Shown here: in pieces, positions 12,807 to 25,554 of the stretch
How the letters are laid out: every line of letters starts with the position of its first letter
Numbering within the stretch: position 1 is the first letter of the stretch
Origin: Botryllus schlosseri
Lineage: Eukaryota
Reading direction: 5' to 3'
Length of the DNA stretch: 64,000 nt
NCBI GenBank assembly: GCA_051294905.1
Contig: CM119371.1
Location: 4,528,001 to 4,592,000, forward strand
Notes under the pieces: model-generated
What the model was told of the DNA's origin: nothing
The model's database searches: none
What the model saw: the letters and a program-made list of their open reading frames with translations, nothing else
Position numbers and translations under genes: made by a program

Positions 12807-14090
12807 CTCAACACATATATCTTTGAATCACCTTTCCGGCTGAATGATTTCTGTGCCGGATGTGTAGAAATGGTGTTGGTGGTGGACTTGTATCTTCATG
12901 TTGCAACGCCACTGGCCCATGTCCATATATCGCTGCCACAATCAAATTTCTGTGTACGTTCTTTGTCTTTCTTGCCTATTTTTTTTCAGTTTTAGAATGT
13001 CCCTCCCAGTTTCATATCTTAATTACTGTGCCTGAAAATTTGCTTCTCACTGCCTGAATCAGTCTCAATGAACACCTCTTTGTGATAATTTGCGCTGGGT
13101 CTATTGTTCAGAGAAGTTTGAAGGGGATGTTCAAATCTTTGTATCACAGTACTAATACTATAGTTTATGCCACCTTTAAGCGTCGTGTGAATTAGCCTTT
13201 GTCATATTCTCTGGTAATTAGCAGTCTGCGCATATCGTTAAGAAGCTCCTTGTAGTCTGATATGATGTTCTGTCAGCTTTTTGCTAGTAGTATCTCCTAA
13301 TTCCAGCAGTATGCTGCATCCTTACAAAGACAACGCGAAAGGGATGCTTTGTGGTACCGGTGATTAGCACATCATTGATCGCTATCCTTTGTGATTATGT
13401 GATTAATAACAGTCAGCCGCAGCACATAATATTTTTATTCTGTTTCGCTTTAAAATCTATTGAACATCTGATAAATTCTGTGTGTATTTCTGTTATACAC
13501 TCGCTGCATCTTGTCAACAATTTCGTTCCTACATGAGATTTTGTTTCGTTCAGATTATTTGTAATTTGTAACACTGCACAACAATGCTCCTTAACTTGTT
13601 TTGTTTGATGAAAACTTGAAGCTGATATGACGAACTCATGAACCCTGTTCACTAAAGAGGCAAACTGAGGTAAATCGTGATATGAATAATCAGTAATAAT
13701 CAGATTTTTTTCAACATCTCAAAATTGTTCACAAAGTCGAAAAAATTTTGACATATGCATTTCGTTCGTATCATAGATTTTGCACTGTTGGTGAACTTTT
13801 CATTTGATATTTTACAACTTAGCCTATAGCCTACTTTATATGCCTACCATTGTAAACGGTCAATTATTTGCTCATTGTGAATTAATAACGGTCAAATAAA
13901 AGAAATAAGTAGACACGGTGTTATGGTCAACGTGCCGCAATATCCTAACTGAAGAAACACTTCTTGGGCATTGCATCATTCTTATATTAAGGAGTGCATC
14001 ATTCTTACATTAATGAACGCATGATGAAAAATTGTGATGTAGACTACATTTTCAGAATGAAGCAACACGGTGTGTCACCAACAGTTTATG

Positions 14091-14165
14091 CAGCCAACTG
14101 CTGCTGTTGAACGTTCTTTCTCCATTCTTAGCAAGCGTCTTAGTAAGGACATGCACTCTCTACCC
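14091..14165 (+). mobile_element. Relic of a hAT transposase C-terminal dimerisation domain
   Basis: Translates QPTAAVERSFSILSKRLSKDMHSL, matching the hAT ERxFS motif; element boundaries uncertain (about 13.65-14.57 kb). Confidence 0.5.
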
Positions 14166-16741
14166 AAGAATGTAGGAAAGTATCTCTCGTTTCACTATAG
14201 TTGTATGCTACAAATTTTAATTATTTTTACCATAATACGTATTGTAAGCACTGGATTTTTTCATAGGGCCAGACTTCGTTAAAATATCAGTTTTTTCATG
14301 TAAAAATTTGCCTGTTTACAAGCGAAAAACGTTTTGTTCAGGCGAAACTACTGCATTAGGACAGCCAGTTCCAACTAAAAATGAAAATAAGTGATACAGT
14401 CTTAAAATTACATGGAAATACACCTAATTTGCATACGTTAGGTCAAAATTTGGTCACAATTCAGTTTTGTTAGGTCGAAAAAAGTCGAAATTTCTATTTT
14501 TAGATCAATATTTTCTTTTTTTTTTTGGTCAACATTTTCTTTTTTTAGGTCAATGAAAAATCTCCCTAATAATTAGGTATGTCAATTGAACTATCCTGAG
14601 CTACAGACATTACAGACACTGCTGGCGAGAGCTCGATTATAGCTGCAGGCTGTACGGAAAATCACTTTTGGTAGGTGGTTTCACTTCTGGCCGAGTAGAC
14701 CAGATATTTATGGTTTGATTAGTGACGGTTACTTCTCCAAGAACTCAGAAGCTGTAGAGCAAAACCAGTGTCACTTCTTAGCCAACATGATTGGATAAGG
14801 AATGATATTACCCGTAAAACTTGTGATGAATAATTGCACTGGCAACATAGCACTAATCTTTTGTGGCAATCCGGCACTATGGAGGCGCGTAATGGCTCAA
14901 AATCGTCATTAACTGTTCATTTGATTTTATGCAAATTGCGAGCTACATAGAATGCCCTTTTGGAAGAAGTGTGCAGGGCACTATGAAATATTGCGCCATA
15001 GTAGTGTTGCAATGGTTTTTCGCTGTCTGTATATTGCGTCACCTTAACCATTTGGTTCTCAACTGCCAATTTCCAGACCTGTGCCAGTCGGCTGAACAAA
15101 TATATATTTGATGTATTCGTAATCGCAAAATGTAAGAGGTGGGAATCTTGTTCATTAATTACAGAACTAGAACACCGCCTTCTTTTTTTTAATCATCATC
15201 ACAGCGTTGCAATTCATGCACCGATCTGTTTGAAATCACCCAGAAACACGTTTATTAGGAAAAAACATCACTCAATATTCAGACATGCTTGGAACGCGAT
15301 GTTTGATTACGGCTTAGTGTCGGAATTAGCTCCGTACATACTATTACTTGAAAAAATGGCTGAAATGTTGATTTCAGATTGCAATGCTGTTGCTAGTCGA
15401 AATCGACCGAAATTTGGTTTCTAACGTTGTTAGGCAACCTGACAATTTCATCACTATGCGAGTAAAGTTTTAATATATGTTATTTCCGGAACGGCCTTAC
15501 TGTAAAAGTCGTCACAAGGGGATTATTCAACCACCAATCAATGTCTCATTGTTATTGGAGCGAATAAAATCCAGTAGATGAGATTTTGAGTCCGTCGGTA
15601 GTTTTGTCAACTTTTAAAGATCATACAGACAGCTCATTATTTTTAGAAACAACGTGTTTCCGAACTTCATCCTTTACATCTGAAAATAGCCCTTCTATGC
15701 CTTGCGAAATTGTGTTTTTACTGGTAAGTTGAGCAACGTTGTAACTTAATCAATCAATCCTTTTTCCACCAGCTTGTCCTTGTCACCAGCTAGTGTGACC
15801 TGCGATACCAACCGCTCATTTCAAAATTTTGATGCGTGCTTTTACTCAGCCTATATCGTTTTTTTCTTAAATTAGCTTAACATAAACGATGTGATTCGAC
15901 CGTAAGTAGTCACAGAATACGGTAGTAGACTGACCACATGCCCCAATTTTTGGTTCAAATTTACCTCAAATATCGTGCAACCGTAATCTACCATGACACA
16001 AATATCGACTGTAAGCTAGTAATAAAGATCATCAAAAATAACATCATACTATTGATGTGCAGATTGGGAGGACTTTATGTTGTGAATCCTGTAGCTGCAT
16101 TTCTTGGAACGTGCTAGAAAATCCACACCGTCGATTTGACATGAACTAATGCCAAAAATCAATTTCCACTATGATAGCTGGTGGCGGATGTAATAATTGA
16201 CTGTAGCGCTTCACAAGATAATTTTTTGGTATGATATATATGGCAGCAATATTGAGAAACAGAACACACAAGGTCCAGCCTATTCATTTTTATCTAGCAG
16301 CTCATCTTGAAGTTGATATGGAATAGCGGTTATTTATGTCACAGATGAAAAGGGATTTTTGCAAATAGATTAATTTGAAAACCCTTACAACACATCTCTA
16401 AACAGCAATATCTTTGTATCAGTGAGTAGACGAATGGTTTCTAAAATGCGTTTCTCTAGTAGAATATTCCATCCAAGACCGTCATTATGTTTATGTCAGT
16501 CCTGAAGTTTGAACAGTTATGAAGCGAAACTACCTCGTGATTTCTCTAATTGAGAAATACAAATTTGGTTTTCAACCATTTTGCAAATTTGGAGGATTTG
16601 CGGACCCCCTGAAAATGCTTGCTGGACCCTCGATTCATAATCTCTGTATTTGATTAATCTATACTGCTACTACGACAACGTAAGCTGTGATCATTTCATT
16701 TGTGGTCAATAGGTCGATGTATTTGTGATGTAGCAATAGAG

Positions 16742-17172
16742 CAGTGGTTCCCAAAATTCCAGGAGGTACACGAGTGGATTCTGTTTTATTTTCGTTCGAA
16801 GGGAGTTAGTAGTACAGGTGTGCTTGATTTTGAGTTTTTTGAAGATTCGTGGTAAGGTCTTTTTCTTGGGTGGTCAATCCCAGCAATGACGGCTTATTGG
16901 GAAGAGAACTACTCGTCAAGCATTGGGATTCTTACCTAACCAAATTACGTTTTAGTATATTCGACCACACGAATTCCGAATCGATCCACTACAGAAATCA
17001 CATATTGCGCCTTAGTATGGGCAGTTTATTTTCTGTTTTGCTGCAATCGGCAGCTCAACACGGTGAAAACATTTTTGACGGTCTTTGCCGCACGTAACTT
17101 ATGTAGGTGGTACGCGAGCACTGCATAAAATCTCAAAATGGTACGTGGGTAGAAAAAAGTTGGGGACCACTG
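16742..17172. mobile_element. hAT (Buster-type) MITE
   Basis: TIR cagtggttcccaaa / ttggggaccactg; exact TSD CAATAGAG. Confidence 0.85.
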
Positions 17173-17326
17173 CAATAGAGGATCGGTGAAACCTACAATC
17201 GGTGAATGACTGGTCGTTCTCACAAGTGGCACCAGCGTATCGCGACCGAGCCGAACTTACCCATGGTACATCGTTTATTTGATAACTTGAAATTGACTCG
17301 TAAATTTTACCTGAGTCACGAGTCAA

Positions 17327-17630
17327 ACCGACAAGATAGCGTAATGGTGAAGCATCCTGGTTTTTGATCGGTAGGTCGTGGGTTCGATCCCTGGCCGGGT
17401 CAGACCATAGACCAGATTAGTATCACTTCTATCCATGACTTCCCTGCTTGGCGCTCATGCATTGCTGGGATAGCATGGATGGGGTGATGCAAAACTAGAA
17501 TGCCGGAAAAGGCTATATCTGCACCTTCCTTGTCCAGCGGCATATGCACATTGTCTACATGTATATCACGAGTTGGTGTATATGCCACAAAAACATCAAA
17601 GACAAACATGAACTATATCCATTCCTTTCC
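17327..17630 (+). mobile_element. tRNA-derived SINE
   Basis: Pol III A box tagcgtaatgg (17337-17347) and B box ggttcgatccc (17381-17391); about 300 bp that interrupts the host MITE; ccattcctttcc-like tail. Confidence 0.7.
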
Positions 17631-18247
17631 AATCCACATTTCTGAAGCGCCGAGTCAAGTCAAGTCATACGAAAAAGTTGACTAGAGTCTGACTCGAGTC
17701 AAGTCATGACTCGAGTCGTCCAAACGCTGATTAGAGCGCAGAAATATTTCGGAAATTAGATTGGAATTATAGTACCGGTTGGTTGCTCTAATTAGTGTAA
17801 TTAGATAACTATAATTATCTAGTTGTCCATGTGCAGTTAAGGGATAGGATATCGTAGGACTGGGTTTAGTTTTGTACTTGTGGTGGCGTAAAATTAAGGT
17901 CGGGTTAAAGGTCATGGATGCTTTCACAAAACACTAAACCTAAACCACTCATGAATGCCATAAATGTTGACGTAGTCACTTCGAACCGTGATTAATGATG
18001 GTCATGTGTCATGCATTTGTTATTGGCGTGTTTCAAACTGTGTTCAATTTAAAGTGATACGTAATTTTCAGAGATGAATTGTCATAAACCTGAATTTTTA
18101 TTTTATGTCTATGGTTGGCTATGAATTGGTTGCAATTCACCGTTAAATATTCAGTTGTAAATTAATTATGCACTGAGTTCACTGACTATCATGATTGCTG
18201 ATCGTCCAGTAATGTGTATCAAGACTAGCTTATAACATACCATAGGC

Positions 18248-19526
18248 CAGGGGTCACTAACCTTTTTGCAACCAAAGGCTACTTTTGGGTACTGATTGAA
18301 GCGACGGGCTACCATTTACTCCCACCGTTTACCCTTGTCAGACGGAATTTCCGATTTGATATTCATAGCATTGGGCACGTATCGCATAGCGTTAAGACTT
18401 CTAAGAGATTCTTTTAACTCGAAACATCTTATTTCAACTTGCTAGCCACAAAGACTTTTTAAGAAATCACGAACTACTTCACACCGTGTCTATATAAGTT
18501 ATTATATAACAACTGTAAGCTTAGATTTTAAAATAAATCACGTCATACGTTAGACTGCACAGTGGACATCGTGTTATCTGTTTCTAAACCAGTCAGTGAG
18601 AGGCCTGGCATTGAATGCTATCAACTAGTGCGCTGTACTCTGGTATGCAACTTACACTGCAACTCTGATTGAGTGTTGCAGATGTGCAATGTGCATTAGT
18701 GAGGCGTGTTCTGTGATTGTTTTTTGATCAATGTCGTGTCCGCAAAGGCTAATACACAACGATAAGTTGAACCAAACACGCTTGCAACCTTCCTCGCTGC
18801 TGCGCAAGTGCGCATTCACCGCTGTACTTTTCCGTGCCAATAAGGCCTGTGAGGTGGAGGTGATTTTGCAGTGGTTGAATTTCAATCCCGGACTGTTCAG
18901 CATCCAGACATGACAGATTTCATTATACCTGACAGCAACATCGATTGCAGAAAGTTAGAAACATGGTACTATAAACTGCGTTGAGTGTAAGAGAGGCAAC
19001 CTGTGTCAAAAGATGCAATACGTAATGGGCATACTGCATCTGCTCTTACGTCACCGCTATCTGCTACTAGCTACTGGATAGTAATGTTGCTTACTACTTT
19101 GGCATTGTCCGGGACGTCGGGCTACCATATCTGAGCCCCCCACCATTTCAAGAAGACCGTGGATGGCATGCCGTCATATCGCATGTATGGACAGTAGCCT
19201 ACGCCGTATTCTACGTCTTCGATATCTTGTTATTCTATTTCATGTTGGACGTTGGTATATTACTAATTTTAATTTGGGATATTTTATATCATCATTATAA
19301 GTGTCTATATATATGTATTGTCATTTCTAAGTCACATGTTATAGTTTGATTTAAACAAGAATATAGCTAGATCACTCAATTTATATATTTAAAAGCTCAC
19401 TGGTGATAATCTGACGAATATTGGCAAATGCTGCTATTCGATCTATTTTTAGAGCAGGCTCGCGGGCCACTCATCTGGTCCTCGCGGGCTACGTGGTGCC
19501 CGCGGGCACCAGGTTGGTGACCACTG
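18248..19526. mobile_element. hAT (Buster-type) non-autonomous element
   Basis: TIR caggggtcactaacct / aggttggtgaccactg; TSD ccataggc / ccacaggc (7 of 8). Confidence 0.8.
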
Positions 19527-20158
19527 CCACAGGCGTTGTGGTGCTTCTGACAGGAAAGACTAGCTACAAACTAGCAGGAATATTTCTCTTTTCAACCTAT
19601 ATAAAAGTAAATGTAGCACTGTTAATGTGAACTTTATTACTGAGGAAACTAATTCAAGGCATATTCATTGAAGCTGCTCAATGTTCATGGTCACAGGTAC
19701 ATCTTTTGATGGTTATTGGAGAATTTCTGTAATTCATTTGTAAATATGCACCAAAGTGCGCTATTGTCAGTCAGCTTTGTGTTTTTTTCTGATGTATGAA
19801 TGGTTTGTTACTAAAATGATCGAAACTTGATATAACAATAGTTCTCTTGATGATATCCGACTACATTAAACAATATGAATACATCACTATGTAATATATT
19901 TATTTTTACACTCTCATTAATGATGTCATTTCCATGCCATTGATATTTTTGTATGTTGTACTCTATCCTGGTATGGTGATTGCTCTGTGTACAGTCTTAC
20001 AATAATCTTTGTTTGATATAGTTCTACACTTTCATGCATTACAGATGTGGTCATACTATTATTGAACTAAGTTTATTTGCTTAAATGCTGAAAATCTTAC
20101 GGTCTTTTCTCTATTGTCATAAAGAAAAGCATTCAGTGGATCCAGTATCATCTACGAT

Positions 20159-22060
20159 TTGGAAGAACGCCGATTCCATATATATGGGAAAGCATTTACT
20201 GGGAATAGTAACCTCAAACATCATATGGACATGCATGCTGGCATCAAAAATTTTGAATTTGATGTATGTGGTAAAGCATTCACTCATGAGGGTAACCTCA
20301 AGCGTCATATGGATATGCATGCTGGTATCAAAAATCATGTTTGTGATATATATGGGAAAGAATACACTAGGAAGGGTCACCTCAAGCATCATATGGATAA
20401 GCATGCTGGAATCAAAAATCATACATGTGCTATATGTGGTAAAGCATTCACTGAGAATTGCACCCTCAAGGTTCATATGGATATGCATGCTGGCATCAAA
20501 AATCATGTTTGTGATATATGTGGGAAAGAATACACTAGGAAGGGTCACCTCAAGCATCATATGGATATGCATGCTGGCATCAAAAATCATGTTTGTGATA
20601 TATGTGGGAAAGAATTCACTAGGAAGGGTCACCTCAAGCTTCATATGGATAAGCATGCTGGAATCAAAAATCATACATGTGCTATATGTGGTAAAGCATT
20701 CACTGAGATTTGCACCCTCAAGGTTCATATGGATATGCATGCTGGCATCAAAAATCATGTTTGTGATATATGTGGGAAAGCATTCACAATGAGGTGTAAC
20801 CTCAAGCATCATATGGATAAGCATGCTGGGATCAAAAATCATACATGTGCTATATGTGGTAAAGCATTCACTCAAAAGGGTCACCTCAAGCGTCATATGG
20901 ATATGCATGCTGGCGTAAAAACTCATGTTTGTGATATATGTGGGAAAGAATTCACTAGGAAGGGTCACCTTAAGCTTCATATGGATCAGCATGCTGGAAT
21001 CAAAAATCATGCATGTGCTATATGTGGTAAAGCATTCACTCAGAATGGTACCCTCAAGCATCATATGGATAAGCATGCTGGAATCAAAAATCATGCATGT
21101 GCTATATGTGGTAAAGCATTCACTGAAAAGGGTACCCTCAATTTGCATATGGATAAACACACTGGAATCAAAAATCATACATGTGCTATATGTGGTAACG
21201 CATTCACTCAGAATGGTACCCTCAAGCTTCATATGGATATGCATGCTGGCATCAAAAATCATATATGTGCTATATGTGGTAAAGCATTCACTCAGAAGGG
21301 TACCCTCAAGCATCACATGGCTATGCATGCTGGCATCAAAAATCATGTTTGAGGATTGTCATGTATGTGCGAAAGCATATACTGTGAGGGGTCGCCTCAA
21401 GGAACATATGGATATGCATGCTGACATCAAAAAGTATAAATTAGACATGTGTTGAAAAGCATTTATTATGAAGGGCAACCTCAAGCATCATAGGGCTACA
21501 CATGCTGGCACCAAAATTCAAAACTGTGATATACCGTAATTTCCCATGTATAATACGCCCCTGCGTGGCTTGCGACGCGATAGTTCATACCAGCAACGAT
21601 ATCATGCACACAATCCCTATCACAGATGCGATTGAACAGGCCAACGATCAGACCTATATCGTGCGCACAAGGCCTGTTGGGGTTGCGTCTATTTCGGCCA
21701 GCAATTATATCTTGCTCTCTGGTCCTGTGGGAGATGCGATTGATCAGGCCTGTCGTTGACGCTATGAAGTACTACGATCTTCAGCGCTCGTGTGCAGCAC
21801 CGCTTCTCGTTAATTGGCAGCGCGCAACACTTCCGATACGAGTTACTGGGCACGGTGGCTGAATGTGATGCGGGATTGACAGCAAACATGTAGAAAGGTG
21901 TGATTTCAAGTTTTATTTCGGGAAAGATTTTTTCAAAACTTCTACCAATGCGTAATGTGCATTATACATGGAAGATTACGGTATGTGGAAAAGCATTTAC
22001 TACGAAGATTAACTGCAAGCGTCATACAGTTCTGCATGCTGATAATCAAAAATCATGAAC
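20159..22060 (+). pseudogene. Tandem C2H2 zinc-finger array, partly decayed (open frame 20159-21352: 14 units, 11 intact)
   Basis: 84-bp repeats with AGIKNH linkers; the ORF starts at TTG; the first three fingers lack Cys ligands; TGA at 21350 is followed by frameshifted fingers, a TE insertion and another finger remnant. Confidence 0.75.
21534..21981. mobile_element. Tc2-like MITE inserted in a zinc-finger repeat
   Basis: TIR ccgtaatttcccatgtataat / attatacatggaagattacgg; TA TSD; removal restores tgtgatata-tgtggaaaagcattt (C-D-I-C-G-K-A-F). Confidence 0.85.
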
Positions 22061-22891
22061 GTGAAACTTTCTGAAATGGCCAACATCAACTATGATATGG
22101 ATTAACATGTTTTGTTCAAAAGTCACGCAAGGTCTCGATCAAGTGAAAAAAGGTCGGAAGTATTCGAAATGACATCCAGTACCAGTATTCTTTCAATGAA
22201 AAACTCAATTTTACCTAGAACCTGATCAATCACCAATTTGCTCATGTAAGAAGGCATACTTGGTAACTTATCGAAATTCAAAGAGTTGCAAATTCATATA
22301 GATGCCGAATTACGTATATTTCACGTCTGGAGCTGGTTATGATCGAGTAACTGCTAGCAGTGCCAGTGATAAGTGATTGCCCTGAAGAGTAAACGTACTA
22401 CTACATCTCTATTGGCTTTCATACTGTATGAGCTCACATATTTTACATGTACATTTTATGATACTCATGCAGCCTATTGCATTAACACTGGTCAATATGA
22501 AAGAGACCCATATCGTTATGCATTTTTGTGTATTGATGTACATTTGTTAACAAGCGTTATACATTTCTTGAATATCGTTAAGATCGGTTTTGTTTGTGTG
22601 ATGATCTTGCAGCCATTGCTAGCTAGTAATTGCTTAGTTTATCCTGTATAGTGGTAGTTCTGTCAGTCTGGTTCTTCAGTAAGTTTTTACTGATGTAAAT
22701 GTGGAAAGACAATCTGATTCCGATAAAATATAATGAATGAGTAGCTTCGGAATCAAATCCATTGAGTTATGTTTTCGTTAGTCACTGATTTTCAAATGTC
22801 GTTCGATCTGATTTAGTTGTGCTGTTTAAGCATCCAGTAGTTTGTGGAAGTCTGGTGCCAGCATGTTAATGTACGATATTTCATTTTGCAG

Positions 22892-23095
22892 ATTGATTTT
22901 GATTTGATTTCACGATTATGTTTAAAAAAAGTATAGCCTACCTTGCGACGAAAGAGATCTCCGAACTGATGTGTGATGACTCTCTGGGAACTATACACGC
23001 AAGGTCCATTTCTTGACAAAAGCTGATTTGCCAAATGCTTTAAACTCACTGGAGTCAAAAGAAAACAAGCTTTCGCTTGATAAAATGTGGCAAAG
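22892..23095 (+). pseudogene. PLK1: PLK exon A copy 1 (Gly-rich loop), disabled
   Basis: KEISEL...YTQGPFLDKS*FAKCFKLT vs PLK1 KEIPEVL...YVRGRFLGKGGFAKCFEI; donor mutated to GG. Confidence 0.75.
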
Positions 23096-23624
23096 GGGAG
23101 ACGTCTTTATCGACACTTTGGAATCTGCGTGAATGTTTATATTTGTCACATGCTCTAATACCATTTTGTAAATACTCTTGTGAAAACAAATACGGTCAAG
23201 AACTTGGAGGTTGCCATTTCTACATGCCTTTTATAACTAGAGCTAACCGGATTTCGGGTTTTTGAGCCGATACCAATGAAACTGATACCAAGCACCTTTA
23301 CTGATAGCCTCAATATTCCCCAAGATTTGGCCACATTTTCAAAAAATCACAGCTTCACAGTCATTGTTATACCTGGACATAAAAAAAACTAGAAACGCTG
23401 TATATGGACACTTGGAAAATATAAGGAATCTATCAATATTTCCAGTGTAGCAGTCGCATTGTTTTCTATGAGCAAGTTGTGGCCACGCAGAAATTATCGA
23501 TATTTGTTGCCTCTCATGGCCGATGCCGGTATATCTTTCAATGCGTGACATCGATACGATGTTATTGGCAAACGTATCACGGGCCAGGCAGTAAATGCGA
23601 TCAATAATTTGGTCTTCATTTCAG

Positions 23625-23774
23625 GCACTTCTTGTGAATAAGCATCATAAAGACAAAATGTGTCAAGAGACCAGTCTCCATCGCGGTTTGAGTCACAAAC
23701 AAGTCGTTCGATTTTATGGATTTTTCAAAGACAGGATTTTTTTCTATATCGTTCTGGAGTTGTGCAAAAGAAGG
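23625..23774 (+). pseudogene. PLK1: PLK exon B copy 1 (open frame)
   Basis: [50 protein letters not shown]; cag / gtaaag; 150 nt. Confidence 0.9.
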
Positions 23775-24572
23775 GTAAAGGTATTTCTTTGATACAACTG
23801 TGATACCGTGGCAATTGTATCAGCTCTGTCACGCTCATCACCAACAGACTTTGCCAACCAGATAATTCTTGATGTCTTAATAGACTAATTATAGACGAAT
23901 GGCGATAATTAAATTCAACCCAATTTGTGAAATGTTCATTTGCCCGCAGTTTAATTCTAGTCTGCTGTCTGTGAAAATATTACTGGAGGATTGTACCGAG
24001 AAAAACGAGCAAAACTTGGTGTATGTACAGACATTTGCTATTCTTGTGCTTATAAGAATAAACTCAGATATGATATGCACTGTACTAGATTTTGCTGCAT
24101 CTTCTGCTGCATTTCAATTTAGTTACGAAAGAAACCATATCATTTTAATGCTAATCTACGTTGGAAAATATGACATTTTTTCAATTACACAGCTTTGATC
24201 ACTGGGTCTGGGCACAGTCATTCTAGTCGAGTAGCGAGACAAACATTTTTTTAGTACTGAAATGACACGATCCTTGCTACAAGAGGATAAAGGATTAACA
24301 ATAAACTGAACCGAACTGAACAGAGGTAATTTACTAACACATTATCAATGATCAGGCTGGCGTGACGACAAAATGAGTATATGACCAGATATATTGTTGA
24401 CGCCATTTTAATATTTGATCAATGAGGATTTTATAAAACCTCACCTAATTCCATGAAGTGAAAACCCGATAAGACCTTCGTGATTCGGTTATATACCGTG
24501 TGAAATATAGATAAGGGAAAATACATGCTACAATATTTTGTTCGTAATCTCTCATGGCTATAATATATACGC

Positions 24573-25554
24573 CAGTGTTGGCATGACTCGAGTCATGACT
24601 TGACTCGAGTCAGACTCGAGTCACCTTTTTCGTATGACTTGACTTGACTCGAGTCACTTTGCAAAAATGACTTGACTTGACTTGACTCGGCGCTTCGGAA
24701 ATGTGGATTGACTCGTGACTCGGAGCAAAATTCACGAGTCAATTTCAAGTCATTAAGTGAACGGTGTCGATCAAATCACCCTATCCTATGTATGTTCGGG
24801 TTGTCCGCGATACGTCGGTGTAATTTGTGAGAGCAATCGGTCATTCACTGATTGTACGTTTCACTGATCCTCCATTGTTACATCACAAATAAATTGACCG
24901 CTAACGAAACGATCACTGCTTACACGTTGTAGTGTAGTAGCACTAGTATCGATGTTTCTTAGACGGCTCAGTGCTTACATTGCGCAGTGCTCACCTTTAC
25001 CAACACTCTTATATGATTTAAATCGAACGAATATAGTTTATGCCCTTATATTCTCACGGATGTGTAGATGGGTAGTGCCTATTGTAGCACATCAATTTGT
25101 TCAACTTATCAAGGCTTCATATTCGATCCTCTATATTGACTAATAAAATCAGACTGTAGCATGTAGTGTAGATATACGGTTACTCACGTATTTTATTAGC
25201 AGTTCTACGTGTGTGTGAGCGACGCAACACCTTTTTGCATGTATATTTAACTTTATATTCGGTATTTGATTCAAAATAAATGGCCAATCAATTTGTCCAT
25301 CACCCAGTTAGCAAAATGTAATGACTTTGCGTAATCACTCATACTTCGAAAACTCAATTTGACTTGAATCGTGACTTGACTCGTGACTTGACTTGACTTG
25401 ACTCGACTTGACTCGAGTCACCTCCAAAATTCGAGTGACTTGACTTGACTCGAGTCACCTTTGAAAATCGATTGACTTGACTTGACTCGAGTCAAAATGT
25501 GCAATGACTCGAGATGACTCGTGACTTGAAGGTAGTGACTTGATCCCAACACTG
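24573..25554 (+). mobile_element. hAT-type MITE (982 bp), uninterrupted reference copy
   Basis: TIR cagtgttgg / ccaacactg; exact TSD ATATACGC; dense gactcgagtc and gacttgact subterminal repeats. Confidence 0.9.

Larger units (their letters stand above)
4479..16646 (-). mobile_element. Degenerate Charlie/Buster-like hAT element whose ends enclose the ZNF ORF and further TEs
   Basis: Left end cagtggttctcgacc; right end is the reverse complement of the 676 element terminus; minus-strand transposase-like relics (GFALQL at about 14745-14765, TTYLC-like motif at about 16140-16190); TSD not clearly readable. Confidence 0.55.
3950..17729 (-). mobile_element. Split copy of the 24573-25554 MITE family, interrupted by about 12.2 kb (4479-16646) and two smaller insertions
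   Basis: 3950-4478, 16650-16741, 17173-17326 and 17631-17729 are collinear pieces of the reverse complement of 24573-25554; flanks atttgaac / attagagc match at 6 of 8 positions. Confidence 0.7.

Noticed and set aside
17327..17400. tRNA gene
   Set aside because: A and B boxes are present, but there is no convincing cloverleaf and the sequence continues into a body inserted in a MITE; better explained as a SINE
20117..21346. 409-aa antisense ORF and alternative-frame ORFs (20085-20792, 20925-21455) over ZF array 2
   Set aside because: By-products of an 84-bp tandem unit that lacks stops in those frames; the translations are low-complexity shadows of the ZF frame
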